Positions 1 to 10,524 of a DNA stretch of 64,000 nt are shown here, one piece after another (positions within the stretch are counted from its first letter, which is position 1; every line of letters starts with the position of its first letter). The position numbers and the translations under genes are program-made. A model generated the notes under the pieces. It did no database searches and was not told the origin of the DNA. It was given only the letters and a program-made list of their open reading frames with translations. Source of the DNA: Gammaproteobacteria bacterium. GTDB taxonomy: Bacteria > Pseudomonadota > Gammaproteobacteria > Eutrophobiales > Eutrophobiaceae. The DNA lies in the NCBI GenBank assembly GCA_965226155.1, contig OZ245331.1, positions 1,182,064 to 1,246,063 of the forward strand. Reading direction: 5' to 3'.

Positions 1-186
1 GCCGACCACAAGTGCTTGAGGATGCCATTGTTTCAGAATTCCGGTAATACTATCCCAGTCAATAGCGCCATTTGATACGTGTATGGTGTCGAGAGGGGTG
101 GCGGTGTTGGTAAGGGTTTGGCCGACAGCAACACCGATTCTCTTCTCCCCATAATCGAAACTGACTAAGGTAAGCGGCTCGGTCAC
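1..186 (-). CDS. ruvX: Holliday-junction resolvase-like nuclease RuvX/YqgF, N-terminal part (continues beyond window start)
   Basis: Own minus-strand translation from GTG at 186: VTEPLTLVSFDYGEKRIGVAVGQTLTNTATPL..., the YqgF N-terminal motif. GTGA overlap with the yqgE stop; gshB-yqgE-yqgF synteny. Confidence 0.8.
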   Translation of the reverse strand, partial: MTEPLTLVSFDYGEKRIGVAVGQTLTNTATPLDTIHVSNGAIDWDSITGILKQWHPQALVVG

Positions 187-743
187 GCGTGCCCTATCTG
201 GGAGGATAATCTTTCTAGATCGATACCCAACAGAGCAGCAGCCGATTCCCAGCGACGGTCAAACGGCGCATCGAATATGATTTCAGATCCTAATGGTGCA
301 TTAAGCCAAGCGTTATCTTTTATTTCCTGCTCAAGTTGCCCGGCTTGCCAGCCTGCATATCCCAGTGCAATGAATGATTTTTTCGGCCCTCTTCCTTCTG
401 ATATGGCCTTAAGGATATCCATAGATGTGGTCACGCTTATTTTATTGCTGACGTTTATTGTTGATTGCCACTTAGCGTTTGGTTCGTGCAGTACGAAACC
501 CCGATCTGTTTGCACCGGTCCTCCGTAATAGACAGTCGTATTGTTAATCTGATTATTGCTGGTCTTAAGATCCATTTGCATCAACACTTCTCCTAGATCC
601 AGCTCCAGAGGGCGGTTAATAACGATGCCCAGCGCTCCATATTCGTTATGTGAGAATATATAAGTAACAGTATGGAAGAAGCTAGGATCATTTAACCCAG
701 GCATAGCTATTAATAGCTGGTTTGTTAGGTTTGTTGGTTGCAT
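183..743 (-). CDS. yqgE: YqgE/AlgH family protein
   Basis: 186 aa; LLIAMPGLNDPSFFHTVTYIFSHNEYGALGIVINRP is typical of the YqgE/AlgH (DUF179) family; position between gshB and ruvX. Confidence 0.85.
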   Translation of the reverse strand: MQPTNLTNQLLIAMPGLNDPSFFHTVTYIFSHNEYGALGIVINRPLELDLGEVLMQMDLKTSNNQINNTTVYYGGPVQTDRGFVLHEPNAKWQSTINVSNKISVTTSMDILKAISEGRGPKKSFIALGYAGWQAGQLEQEIKDNAWLNAPLGSEIIFDAPFDRRWESAAALLGIDLERLSSQIGHA

Positions 744-863
744 TGACTAATGTTAAACATGAAAATTAAATAAAACTACAAGATTCTCCAAATTTTAGAA
801 CAACTTCTGTTTCGGAGGTCGAATTCTTTATGATAATAAATGATATATTATTAATCTCTCTTG

Positions 864-1769
864 TTATCTGAACCCTTTGTTATTGAGAAACTGCCAAGTT
901 CGGGTGATATGTAAGATATCAAATTCCGAGCTTATATTTTTCGGGAAGGGGGAATAAGGTGCTGCGAGATTAACTATCCTTATAGCTGCATCATCGAGTA
1001 TTTTGTGACCAGACGATCTCCTAACGATAATTTCGTTAATGGATCCATCCGGGTTCAGTGCAACGTCAAGTATTAGATTTCCAGATAAATTCTGCCTGCG
1101 GGCTTCATCTGGGTAGTTTAGGTTACCTACACGTTCAACTTTGGCGCGCCACGCTTCCATGTATGCCGCGTAGCGATATTCTCTGGTGCTCGCAGAGATA
1201 AGTTTTCGGCGAGTCCGCTCTGCTTTAGCCTCCAGCTTGCGTTTGATCTGTGCGCTCAAGGCTGCAATTTTGAAGCTGTTAGTCAACAAGGTAGATGCAC
1301 TTGGCATAGCCACATCAGGTTTTTCAACTGTTTTAGAATCTTCAGATATTTTTTCTTTAACGTTAGTCTCTTTAGGTTTTTTGACAGCTTGATCTTCGGT
1401 GGCGGCAGCCAAAAGTTCAGTTGATTTACTAGCCTCAGTCATAGTGGGTTGGCTATCCGATTGAGGCGGCAATGTAATGTCGGGTTGACTATCTGGAAAC
1501 GGCGGAGGCGTCGGTGTGGCAGGGATATCTTGTTCTACAGAATTTCCTCCACCTTCAAGTGCAGCTTGTGCAAGCAGCTTAGCATCATCTGGATTCGGAC
1601 TTTGTTGCTGTACAAGGACAACTTCCATTGTATTGTAGTTCTGCCTGACTTTATCTTCTTCGGTAAAGGTAACGCCTAAGACTACGACACCGTGGGTAAT
1701 AATAGCTAGGCAAAGCGTCATTCCAAGCCTGTCGTCAGGTGTGATTTGTGGGCGTTTGATGTCAGCCAT
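864..1769 (-). CDS. TonB-family energy transducer (N-terminal anchor, Pro-rich spacer, TonB C-terminal domain)
   Basis: TM near the N-terminus, PATPTPPPFPDSQPDITLPPQ spacer, C-terminal YPDEARRQNLSGNLILDVALNPDGSINEIIVRRSSGHKILDDAA. Confidence 0.8.
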   Translation of the reverse strand: MADIKRPQITPDDRLGMTLCLAIITHGVVVLGVTFTEEDKVRQNYNTMEVVLVQQQSPNPDDAKLLAQAALEGGGNSVEQDIPATPTPPPFPDSQPDITLPPQSDSQPTMTEASKSTELLAAATEDQAVKKPKETNVKEKISEDSKTVEKPDVAMPSASTLLTNSFKIAALSAQIKRKLEAKAERTRRKLISASTREYRYAAYMEAWRAKVERVGNLNYPDEARRQNLSGNLILDVALNPDGSINEIIVRRSSGHKILDDAAIRIVNLAAPYSPFPKNISSEFDILHITRTWQFLNNKGFR

Positions 1770-1818
1770 AATCTTTTAATTTCCCGCTGGCATATGTGAT
1801 TATAGCCTCAAACTTGAA

Positions 1819-2772
1819 TTAACTCCTGCGAGCATGGATTATCGATTCGATAGTTTTCATGAGATCACCGGCAATGTCTATATTATAAATACTATCGAGC
1901 TCTCTAATACAGGTTGGGCTGGTAACATTTATTTCTGTCAGATAGTCACCGATAACATCGAGCCCGACAAACAGTAAACCACGCTTCTTCAATGTCGGTC
2001 CTACCTGCTCACATATCCATCGATCCTTCTCGCTTAGCTCAACTCCTTTCCCAGTTGCGCCAGCAGCCAGGTTGCCGCGTGTTTCTCCAGCCATAGGTAT
2101 GCGTGCCAGCGCATAATCAACGGGCTTTCCGTTAATTAACAGTATCCGTTTGTCTCCATCAACAATGTCCGGTATATATTTTTGTGCCATTACGAATTGT
2201 GTTTGATTACTGGCCAATGTTTCAATTGTAACGTTTGTATTTGGGTCGCCGTTTTTTATCTTGAAGATAGATGCGCCGCCCATGCCGTTAAGTGGTTTCA
2301 GCACAACTTCTTCGTTTTCGCTTATAAATGTCTTGATAATGTCTGGGTTTCTACTGACAAGCGTTGGTGCAATACATTGCGGGAAAGCATAGATGAACAT
2401 TTTTTCATTTGTGTTACGCAATCCTGCTGGGTCGTTGACAACAAACGCGCCCTCATTTTTGGCTAAATCTAGAATGTGGGTAGTGTAGCTATATTCAGTG
2501 TCAAATGGTGGGTCCAAACGCATGAGAATGACATCAAGACCTGAAAGCAAAACTGTAAGAGACTGCTGTATCTGATACCATTTCGCTTTATTATCTTGTA
2601 CCGAGATTATCCTGCAATTCGTCATGGCCTTATTGTCTTTGATAAAAAGATCGCTTTGTTCCATATAATACAGTTCCCATTCCTGAGATTGGGCAGCAAG
2701 TAACATGGCAAATGTACTGTCTTTTTTAATATAGATCCCATCTATGGGATCCATAATTACGCCGAGTTTCAT
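1819..2772 (-). CDS. gshB: glutathione synthetase
   Basis: 317 aa, ATP-grasp. MKLGVIMDPI...DPPFDTEY and VLKPLNGMGGASIF motifs match GshB; typical length. Confidence 0.9.
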   Translation of the reverse strand: MKLGVIMDPIDGIYIKKDSTFAMLLAAQSQEWELYYMEQSDLFIKDNKAMTNCRIISVQDNKAKWYQIQQSLTVLLSGLDVILMRLDPPFDTEYSYTTHILDLAKNEGAFVVNDPAGLRNTNEKMFIYAFPQCIAPTLVSRNPDIIKTFISENEEVVLKPLNGMGGASIFKIKNGDPNTNVTIETLASNQTQFVMAQKYIPDIVDGDKRILLINGKPVDYALARIPMAGETRGNLAAGATGKGVELSEKDRWICEQVGPTLKKRGLLFVGLDVIGDYLTEINVTSPTCIRELDSIYNIDIAGDLMKTIESIIHARRS

Positions 2773-2859
2773 ATGCTTGAATCTTTTTAATGTGCCAGTA
2801 TTGAGAGCAGATAGTGTATCTATAAGAACCTGGAAAAGATATATTTTGAATTTATCATC

Positions 2860-3795
2860 ATGTCCAAATTAATCAGAATTGTAACAAGGGAAAGCCCCTT
2901 GGCTCTGTGGCAGGCGAACCATGTTAAAGAACAGATTTCGCTTCTCTGGCCAGATCAGGTAATAGAAATATTAGGTATCAAAACACAAGCTGATAACTTT
3001 ATGGATATGCAACTCGCATCACTGGGTGGCAAAGGCGCATTCGTTAAGGAATTACAACAAGCATTACTAGACAACAAAGCTGATCTGGCGGTACATTCGA
3101 TGAAGGACGTTACTGTTGAGCAGCACGAAAATTTATACATCTCTGCGATAATGGTTCGCGAAAGTCCTACAGACTGTTTCATCTCAAATAAATACAGCAG
3201 CATTAATGATCTGCCTTCAAAAGCTCGTATCGGTACTTCCAGTTTACGACGACGATGTCAGTTAATGGCCATACGGACAGATTTGATCATTGGTGATATC
3301 CGTGGAAACGTTGGGACTCGTTTAGACAAACTAGACGATGGTGATTTTGATGCCCTGATACTAGCCACTGCTGGTATGAAACGTCTGGGTTTTACTGATC
3401 GTATTACACAGGAACTACACTATGAAATAATGTTGCCAGCTATAGGCCAAGGTGCATTGGGCGTGGAAACACGCCGTGACAATCATGAAACTCTGAAATT
3501 TGTTTCACCCTTGAATGATACCGAAACGAATTTGTGTGTCACTGCAGAACGTGCTGTAAATCAACGCTTGTATGGCGGGTGTCACTCACCAATTGCTGCG
3601 TACGCACGTATAGAACATAACAATCTAAAGATTGCTGCTTTGGTAGGGATGCCAGATGGGTCGCAACTGATCAGGGCCGCCAGTACCGGTTCGATCAAAC
3701 AGGCTGAGACTCTTGGCCATGATTTAGGGGATGAGCTTCTGAATAACGGAGCAGACGTCATTTTGCAGGAATTACGTGATGAAAATTCCGGATAG
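2860..3795 (+). CDS. hemC: hydroxymethylbilane synthase (porphobilinogen deaminase)
   Basis: IRIVTRESPLALWQANHV, GGKGAFVKELQQALL and IGTSSLRR motifs; followed by hemD/X/Y. Confidence 0.93.
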   Translation: MSKLIRIVTRESPLALWQANHVKEQISLLWPDQVIEILGIKTQADNFMDMQLASLGGKGAFVKELQQALLDNKADLAVHSMKDVTVEQHENLYISAIMVRESPTDCFISNKYSSINDLPSKARIGTSSLRRRCQLMAIRTDLIIGDIRGNVGTRLDKLDDGDFDALILATAGMKRLGFTDRITQELHYEIMLPAIGQGALGVETRRDNHETLKFVSPLNDTETNLCVTAERAVNQRLYGGCHSPIAAYARIEHNNLKIAALVGMPDGSQLIRAASTGSIKQAETLGHDLGDELLNNGADVILQELRDENSG

Positions 3796-4585
3796 TTTTA
3801 CCTTGTCGGATTACACAGTATTGATTACACGCCCTGAGGGTCAGGGTGATAACCTTTGTCAATTAATAGAATCAGCAGGTGGTAAGGCAGTTTCTTTTCC
3901 AGTAATACGAACAGCAATAACAGATAATGTTGAAAAGTGTCTCAACCAATTCAAATCGTTGACGGATTTTTCTCATTTTATATTTGTTAGTCGCAATTCA
4001 GTAATTTATATCCAAAAATTAGTAGTCGATATATTCGATCAACTACGAAACGATAATATTTACGCCGTTGGCGCGGGTACGGCGGAAGAATTGAAGAAGT
4101 GTGGTGTAGATAAGGTGTTTTACTCTGAGGGTAACTCAGGTAGTGAAGCATTGTTAGATCATGAAGGGCTTCAACAGACAGAAGTTCAAGGCTCAAACAT
4201 TCTCATCGTCCGGGGAAATGGGGGTAGGGAACTGCTGAAAGAAACGCTGTGGAAACGGGGTGCATCTATACACTACACGGAAGTATACAAGCGTCTTAAA
4301 CTAGATGTACAACCTGACGCCATCAGTTACATTTGGCATGAAGTTCAGCCCCAAGTAATAGTTGTCACCAGTGTAGAAGGGTTAGATAATCTGGTAGAAA
4401 TGACAGCTGAACAGGATATAAAACGTCTTTTTGATACAAGGTTGGTAGTTATCAGTCCCAGGTTATTGCCTCAGGCACAGAGTTTAGGATTTACAAGCAA
4501 TCCTGTTGTGGCCGGAGAACAGTCCGACTTAGGACTATTGAAGGCCATTTTGCAATCGGTAAATGAGAAAGATATTGGCCACTGA
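3776..4585 (+). CDS. hemD: uroporphyrinogen-III synthase
   Basis: 269 aa immediately after hemC, overlapping its end (GTG 3776 or ATG 3779); VLITRPEGQGD start typical of HemD; hemCDXY order. Confidence 0.8.
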   Translation: MMKIPDSFTLSDYTVLITRPEGQGDNLCQLIESAGGKAVSFPVIRTAITDNVEKCLNQFKSLTDFSHFIFVSRNSVIYIQKLVVDIFDQLRNDNIYAVGAGTAEELKKCGVDKVFYSEGNSGSEALLDHEGLQQTEVQGSNILIVRGNGGRELLKETLWKRGASIHYTEVYKRLKLDVQPDAISYIWHEVQPQVIVVTSVEGLDNLVEMTAEQDIKRLFDTRLVVISPRLLPQAQSLGFTSNPVVAGEQSDLGLLKAILQSVNEKDIGH

Positions 4586-5651
4586 AAATAATGATCCGGA
4601 ACAATCCGGGACGAAACCTAAAACTGCGATAGTAGCCCAGCAGAAAGTAGCCTCAACATCAGGCCGTAAGCTGGCTACGTTCATTGCATTATTTGTTGCC
4701 ATAGTGGCACTGGTATTGTCGACGACTAACTATAGCCAATTAAAAGATACAGTCACCCTTGATGTTATTGATCAATTCGATAACAAGCTCGATAACCTCC
4801 ATGATGCTAATGATGTGATCGATGCTAAGCAGGATGGAATAGGCATACTCATAGGCGAGTTGTCCCAGAGGCAGCAACAGAATTCAAAAATACTAATAGA
4901 GCTGTATGAGCTGCAACCGGGTGATACCAGCGATTGGGTAGTCGCGGAAATTGAACATCTGATCGTCATTGCCATACACCGTCTTGTCTTAGAACGAGAT
5001 GTCAACAGTGCGCTTGCTGCGATGCAGGTGGCAAAGAACCGGCTGTCTACCTTAGTTGATCCGGTACTGGATGCTACCAGGAATCAATTGGATATCGATA
5101 TCCTTGCTTTACAATCTGTTGAAACCCAAGATATTAGCGACCTGTCATTGTTCTTGACAGATCTGGTTACACGTGTGGATACGTTGTCTTTGCAAACTAC
5201 GCCGTTCATTAGTGAGCAAGGCGAATCAAAAGAGACAGAGGAAGAATTTACAGTTTTGGAAAAATTAAAGTCGGGTGTATGGGCGGAAATAAAAAATATG
5301 TTTGTTATTGTTCGAACTGGAGAGGGGGTGAAGGCTAAGCTTTTGCCGTACGAGAGTTATTTCCTCGTTCAGAATCTGCGTTTACAACTTGAAACTGCAA
5401 GATTCGCGATTTTTAGAAGAGACACTCGCAATTTCCAGGTATCGATTGAGCTGGTTATTGAATGGTTGAAGGAATATTTCAATCAAAACGACAAAGATGT
5501 AATAAACACTATTGAAGCATTGGAAGTAATGAAGAGTGTCGATCTTGAGCCGCAACTGCCTAATCTCAATTCATCTCTGGTGGCAGTGCGTGATTATATT
5601 AAAGACCAGATGAAAACCAAATTACCTGATTCTGGATCCGAGCCAAGGTGA
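4563..5651 (+). CDS. hemX: HemX-like membrane protein (uroporphyrinogen-III C-methyltransferase family annotation)
   Basis: 362 aa with one N-terminal TM (LATFIALFVAIVALVL) and a coiled-coil body; position between hemD and hemY. Confidence 0.7.
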   Translation: MRKILATENNDPEQSGTKPKTAIVAQQKVASTSGRKLATFIALFVAIVALVLSTTNYSQLKDTVTLDVIDQFDNKLDNLHDANDVIDAKQDGIGILIGELSQRQQQNSKILIELYELQPGDTSDWVVAEIEHLIVIAIHRLVLERDVNSALAAMQVAKNRLSTLVDPVLDATRNQLDIDILALQSVETQDISDLSLFLTDLVTRVDTLSLQTTPFISEQGESKETEEEFTVLEKLKSGVWAEIKNMFVIVRTGEGVKAKLLPYESYFLVQNLRLQLETARFAIFRRDTRNFQVSIELVIEWLKEYFNQNDKDVINTIEALEVMKSVDLEPQLPNLNSSLVAVRDYIKDQMKTKLPDSGSEPR

Positions 5652-6913
5652 AATTATTAATATATGTTCTGCTATGCCTACTGCTGGTGGTTTCCGCAGG
5701 GATCTTGTTGTCAAATGAGTCCGACTATATTGTTCTAACCTTTTCAGACTATGCGATACAAACTAGATTCGACTTTTTTGTCATTGCAATCTTTGTCTGC
5801 TTTACTATTTTCTATTATATCATTCGGTTTATTGCAGAACTATTCAAACTGCCTGGTAACTACCAGAAATGGAAAAAGCAACGAAATCATCGTAAGTCTG
5901 AATTTTTTATGTCAAAAGGTTTTCTAGCCCTTACGGAAGGAGACTGGGAAACGGCGGAAAAATTGCTAGTCAAAGGAGCTACATACAGCTCTCTGCCGGT
6001 TGTAAATTATGTCGGAGCTGCAAGGGCGGCTCAACAACAGGGAAAGATACAGCGTCGTGATCAATATTTGAAACTAGCCCATATAAATGGTTCTCAGGCA
6101 GAATACGCCGTGGGTATCACCCAAGCGGAATTGCAGATGAAACAAAATCAGATCGAGCAAGCCTATGCAACGCTTAGGCATCTCGACTCAGACTGGCCCG
6201 GGAAAGATCAGAGCAAAATCATGATGCTTGATACGAGTACGGAATTAAAAGACTGGGATCAGACTTTACAACTGCTAAATGATCTAGAACAAAAGGGCAC
6301 TTTACCGCTAGAAAAGATCAGGGCTAAACAAATGCAGGCTTATGCCGGTGTTCTCACGCGTGCCGGGAGCTCAGGCAAAATTAGCGAACTGAATGATGTA
6401 TGGATATCAGTTCCGGCCAAGCTGCGTAAAGAATTCTATATCATCGAAATCTATGTACTTGAGCGCCTGAAATTTCCTGATACTTCAGATTGTGAACCGT
6501 TGCTACGGAAAATAATCAAGAAAAACCAAGATCCTGCATTAGTCAGATTGTATGGATTAGTCGAGGGCAGTAAACCTGAAAAGCAACTTGATTTTGTAGA
6601 AAAATTACTAGGGAATAATCGACATAACGGCGTTGTGCTTCTTACGGCCGGCCGATTATGTACCAGGCTCGGATTGTGGGGAAAGGCAAAATCCTATATG
6701 GAAGAAAGTATTAAAATCGAACCTTCGCCGGAAACGTATTACGAGCTGGGAACGTTACTCCGTGGACAAGGTGAGAATGAAAGGGCAAATGAATGTTTCG
6801 AGCAAGGATTGTTACTTGTTACTAAATTACGAGATGCCCCGGACTTTATGGCCTGGCCACAATCCGAAGTTGAGTCCAACGATTATCCTAAGTTGGGGGC
6901 TGCCAAGCCATAA
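5648..6913 (+). CDS. hemY: HemY-like TPR membrane protein
   Basis: 421 aa, two N-terminal TM helices then TPR-like repeats; fourth gene of the hemCDXY cluster. Confidence 0.75.
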   Translation: MKLLIYVLLCLLLVVSAGILLSNESDYIVLTFSDYAIQTRFDFFVIAIFVCFTIFYYIIRFIAELFKLPGNYQKWKKQRNHRKSEFFMSKGFLALTEGDWETAEKLLVKGATYSSLPVVNYVGAARAAQQQGKIQRRDQYLKLAHINGSQAEYAVGITQAELQMKQNQIEQAYATLRHLDSDWPGKDQSKIMMLDTSTELKDWDQTLQLLNDLEQKGTLPLEKIRAKQMQAYAGVLTRAGSSGKISELNDVWISVPAKLRKEFYIIEIYVLERLKFPDTSDCEPLLRKIIKKNQDPALVRLYGLVEGSKPEKQLDFVEKLLGNNRHNGVVLLTAGRLCTRLGLWGKAKSYMEESIKIEPSPETYYELGTLLRGQGENERANECFEQGLLLVTKLRDAPDFMAWPQSEVESNDYPKLGAAKP

Positions 6914-6947
6914 CAGCGCCTAGCTGAAGTCATATAAACGAGTTATG

Positions 6948-7604
6948 TTAGTCCGGCATACTGCGGGCACTTGATAACCAGCTCATCAACGGTTTCCATT
7001 GCTCCCGGTCATAAGCAGTTTTCGAAGGTGCGAATTCAAAAATACTTAAGCCCTTTTCAGCGGCTTTTACATAATTCTGGCTGTTTCTGAAGACAGTTAA
7101 AAACGGCAATTTGCTGCCACCAGGAAATTTCATTTTAGTCAGATAATATTCGAGTTTTGCTGCAGACATCGTGTCTTCACGTACTCGATTGGCAACAGTA
7201 GCGAGCTTTATCTTACGATTGATCAATTTACGTAGAGAGAATAATTCTCCAATAAACCGTTCAGCACTATTCATATCCATTGATGATGGCAGCAGGGGCA
7301 TCACCATGGTTTGGCTAGCTTTAGCGAAATTCGCTAATTTTTTTCCATGTACAGAAGCTGGAGAATCGATCACCATAATTTCAGTTTTCCGTGGCGCTTT
7401 AAGCTTTCCTGACCTTAATGTTGCACTGAATACTTCGGCAGCGGTTTCCGGCCGTCGGGTTAACCAATCCTTGGATGATTGCTGCGGGTCTAGGTCAGCA
7501 ATAGCGACGTGTTTACCTTTGTTTGCAAAGTACCCGGCAATGTTAGTTACTATGGTACTTTTTCCGCAGCCCCCTTTCGGGTTGAGTACGAGTATCGTTC
7601 TCAT
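6948..7604 (-). CDS. orphan ParA/MinD-type P-loop ATPase
   Basis: Deviant Walker A LNPKGGCGKSTI and DLDPQ motif; 218 aa; co-oriented 107 bp downstream of prk; no ParB-like partner ORF. Confidence 0.8.
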   Translation of the reverse strand: MRTILVLNPKGGCGKSTIVTNIAGYFANKGKHVAIADLDPQQSSKDWLTRRPETAAEVFSATLRSGKLKAPRKTEIMVIDSPASVHGKKLANFAKASQTMVMPLLPSSMDMNSAERFIGELFSLRKLINRKIKLATVANRVREDTMSAAKLEYYLTKMKFPGGSKLPFLTVFRNSQNYVKAAEKGLSIFEFAPSKTAYDREQWKPLMSWLSSARSMPD

Positions 7605-7711
7605 GTTATGTCCTATTGGTTGCCCGTAACGAGGAACCTGTTATTAAAAAGTAAGTGTATTGATTGTCAAATATTTATCAATATTTTGCAATGCACAAAA
7701 TACGACACAGT

Positions 7712-8602
7712 TCATTTTCCCGAGGATTTATCGAAGTCACCTGAACTCATCATCCGCATTATCACGGGGCCAATGATAAGCTGCAATGCAAAAACCTTTT
7801 TTCCAGCAGGGACCACAATAGTGTCGGGTGTAGACATAAACGAACCTTCGAGCCTTTCCAACAGATAATTGAAGTCGACTTGCAGCTTTTTAAGGTTACG
7901 TACATGTATGACGGAGAAGCTTTCATCATCAGTGGGAATACGGTCCACAGCAAATGGATTTGACGTATCTACTGTAGGAACACGCTGGAAATTAATATCG
8001 GTTCTTGAAAACTGGGGAACGATGTAATGCGCATAATCATGCATACGCTCGAGTATCATATTGGTAGCATCTTCTGAGGAATATCCCCGGGTGGCTTTAT
8101 CACGATGGATTTTTTGCATCCACTCCAGGTTAATTATCGGTACAACACCTATTAGAAGGTCAACATATTGGACGATATTGTGTTTGTCTGTTACCAGCCC
8201 GCCATGTAATCCTTCATAGAATAATACAGTAGTATCATCCGGTAGGGGTTCCCAGGGTGTAAGTGTACCGGGAGGCGAACTGTGCTGGGCTGCTTCGATT
8301 TCATTATGGATATAATGGCGATGACTACCCGTACCGGATTCAGAATATTCTAGGAATAATGCTTCAAGATCATCAAATAGGTTTCCCTCAGGTCCGAAAT
8401 GAGTAACGAATCTCCCTTTACTTGCGGCTTTTCCCATGGCAACGTCCATTTCTTTGCGGTTGTAGCGATGGAAGCAGTCTCCCTCAATGATCGCCGGCAT
8501 GATTCCCTCACGGAGAAATATCTGTTCAAATGCCGTTTTGACATTTGATGTGCCGGCTCCTGAGGATCCGGTAACAGCGACGATGGGGTGCTTTTTCGAC
8601 AT
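7712..8602 (-). CDS. prk: phosphoribulokinase
   Basis: HPIVAVTGSSGAGTSNVKTAFEQIF... matches bacterial PRK (CbbP) over 296 aa. Confidence 0.9.
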   Translation of the reverse strand: MSKKHPIVAVTGSSGAGTSNVKTAFEQIFLREGIMPAIIEGDCFHRYNRKEMDVAMGKAASKGRFVTHFGPEGNLFDDLEALFLEYSESGTGSHRHYIHNEIEAAQHSSPPGTLTPWEPLPDDTTVLFYEGLHGGLVTDKHNIVQYVDLLIGVVPIINLEWMQKIHRDKATRGYSSEDATNMILERMHDYAHYIVPQFSRTDINFQRVPTVDTSNPFAVDRIPTDDESFSVIHVRNLKKLQVDFNYLLERLEGSFMSTPDTIVVPAGKKVFALQLIIGPVIMRMMSSGDFDKSSGK

Positions 8603-8757
8603 GCCAGTTTAGAATAGCCGTATTAAATGTATAACTAGTAAAATTGATTTTTGATTTTAACCTAATATCGTCTCTTGGTTTGAGATGTTTGTATTAATAA
8701 AAACTGACGATAGTTAATGAAATATCTGTAATATAATCCTGAAAGTACGACATAAAT

Positions 8758-10524
8758 ATGATCCATTCTTCAGGTTCACCTAGGGACACCCAGTTATACC
8801 TTCGGCTCCTCGCCTATGTTGCACCATATCGCCTGTTATTTCTTGTTGCAATAATCGCGATGGTTGTACTTGCAACGGCTGACGCGGCGAAAGCGGCCTT
8901 ACTAAAACCAATGTTGGATGGCGCTTTTATTGAAAAGGACTCTGAATTGATGGTAACTGTCCCACTTTCTCTGGTTGGTCTGTTCGTGATCAGTGGGATA
9001 ACGACATTTATTTCATCTGCATCACTCTTATGGGTTGCAAACAAGGTGATAATGGATTTGAGAGAACAGATGTTTTCAAAGCTCCTTAGTTTCCCCAGCA
9101 AGTATTACGACCAATATAATTCTGGCAGCATTATTTCGAAGTTTACTTATGACGTGACACAGATTAAGGAAGCATCTACATATGCACTCACTGTGCTTGT
9201 CAAAGATACCTTAGTGATTACAGGATTATTCGCTTGGATGTTTTATCTTGATTGGCGGATGACACTAATAATTCTGTTGTGCACACCACTTATTCTGCTA
9301 ATCATTTTTTATATACGTCGACGACTACGGAATATGAGCCAAAAGGTCCAGCAGACTATGGCAGATATAAACCATGTGTTGACCGAATCAATCAATGCTC
9401 AAAGAATTATAAAATTATTTGGTGGACAGCAGCAGGAGCATGAAAAATTTCACAAGATCATAAATGCCAACCGTCATTACACAATGAAATTTTTAAATGC
9501 ATCAATTAGTAGCGGTCCGGCAGTACAGCTGATTGCCTCCATAGCCATGGCAGTGATTATCTACTATGCAGCAAAACAATCTGAAATCGGCATGTTAAGT
9601 GTAGGTACTTTTGTTTCTTTTTTTGCAGCACTCGTCATGCTCCTAGATGCGTTGAGGAGGCTTGTAAAAGTAAATGAATTCATACAGAGAGGACTAGCAG
9701 CTTGCGAGAGTGTTTTCAGTATGTTGGATGAGCATATCGAATCAGACAGCGGCACGGAAATACTAGAAGAAATAAACGGCGTAATAGATATAGAAGATTT
9801 AAGTTTTCGTTATGGTAGAGGTGCACAAATACTGGATGGTATCTCATTGCATATAAACAAGGGAGAAACAATTGCCCTAGTCGGTGCATCCGGGAGTGGA
9901 AAAACAACCCTAGCGCATCTTATCCCCAGATTTTATCAGCACTCAAACGGTAGAATTTTGATCGACGGTAAAGATACCAGGGATATTACGCTGGACGCGT
10001 TACGTAGGCACATCGCTCTTGTAAGCCAGGACACAGTGCTTTTCAATGATTCCATACGAAATAATATCGCCTACGGCAGTTTCAGAGAGGCTAAAGATGA
10101 ACAGATCAAGCAAGCCGCCCATGTAGCTCATGCAATGGAATTTATTGATAAGCTCCCAGATGGTATCAATACGTTACTCGGAGAACGCGGCATAAAATTA
10201 TCTGGAGGCCAGAGACAAAGGATATCGCTCGCACGTGCATTATTGAAGAATGCGCCGATTCTTATACTCGATGAAGCAACATCAGCATTGGATAGCGAGT
10301 CAGAACGCAATATTCAGTTGGCACTAGAAAAAATCAGACACAAGCATACGTGTATTATCATTGCCCACAGGCTGTCAACAATTGAATCTGCAGATCGTAT
10401 CATAGTTCTTGAACATGGCAGAGTGGTTGAGTCCGGTAGTCACAATGAGTTGATAAAAAACAGAGGATTATATGCTCACTTCTATTCGAGCAAAGATTTT
10501 TTCTGGAATAGCAACGCGTCCTAA
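8758..10524 (+). CDS. msbA: lipid A export ATP-binding/permease MsbA
   Basis: 588 aa with a six-TM ABC exporter domain, Walker A GASGSGKTT, signature LSGGQRQR, Walker B ILILDEATSALD. Confidence 0.88.
   Translation: MIHSSGSPRDTQLYLRLLAYVAPYRLLFLVAIIAMVVLATADAAKAALLKPMLDGAFIEKDSELMVTVPLSLVGLFVISGITTFISSASLLWVANKVIMDLREQMFSKLLSFPSKYYDQYNSGSIISKFTYDVTQIKEASTYALTVLVKDTLVITGLFAWMFYLDWRMTLIILLCTPLILLIIFYIRRRLRNMSQKVQQTMADINHVLTESINAQRIIKLFGGQQQEHEKFHKIINANRHYTMKFLNASISSGPAVQLIASIAMAVIIYYAAKQSEIGMLSVGTFVSFFAALVMLLDALRRLVKVNEFIQRGLAACESVFSMLDEHIESDSGTEILEEINGVIDIEDLSFRYGRGAQILDGISLHINKGETIALVGASGSGKTTLAHLIPRFYQHSNGRILIDGKDTRDITLDALRRHIALVSQDTVLFNDSIRNNIAYGSFREAKDEQIKQAAHVAHAMEFIDKLPDGINTLLGERGIKLSGGQRQRISLARALLKNAPILILDEATSALDSESERNIQLALEKIRHKHTCIIIAHRLSTIESADRIIVLEHGRVVESGSHNELIKNRGLYAHFYSSKDFFWNSNAS

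Noticed and set aside
277-528. Numerous 60-150 aa ORFs nested in or antisense to conserved genes (for example 277-528, 2182-2466, 7171-7629, 11729-12133, 46594-47034, 58770-59270).
   Set aside because: All lie within strongly supported genes on the other strand or in another frame and have no recognisable motifs. I treat them as shadow ORFs.
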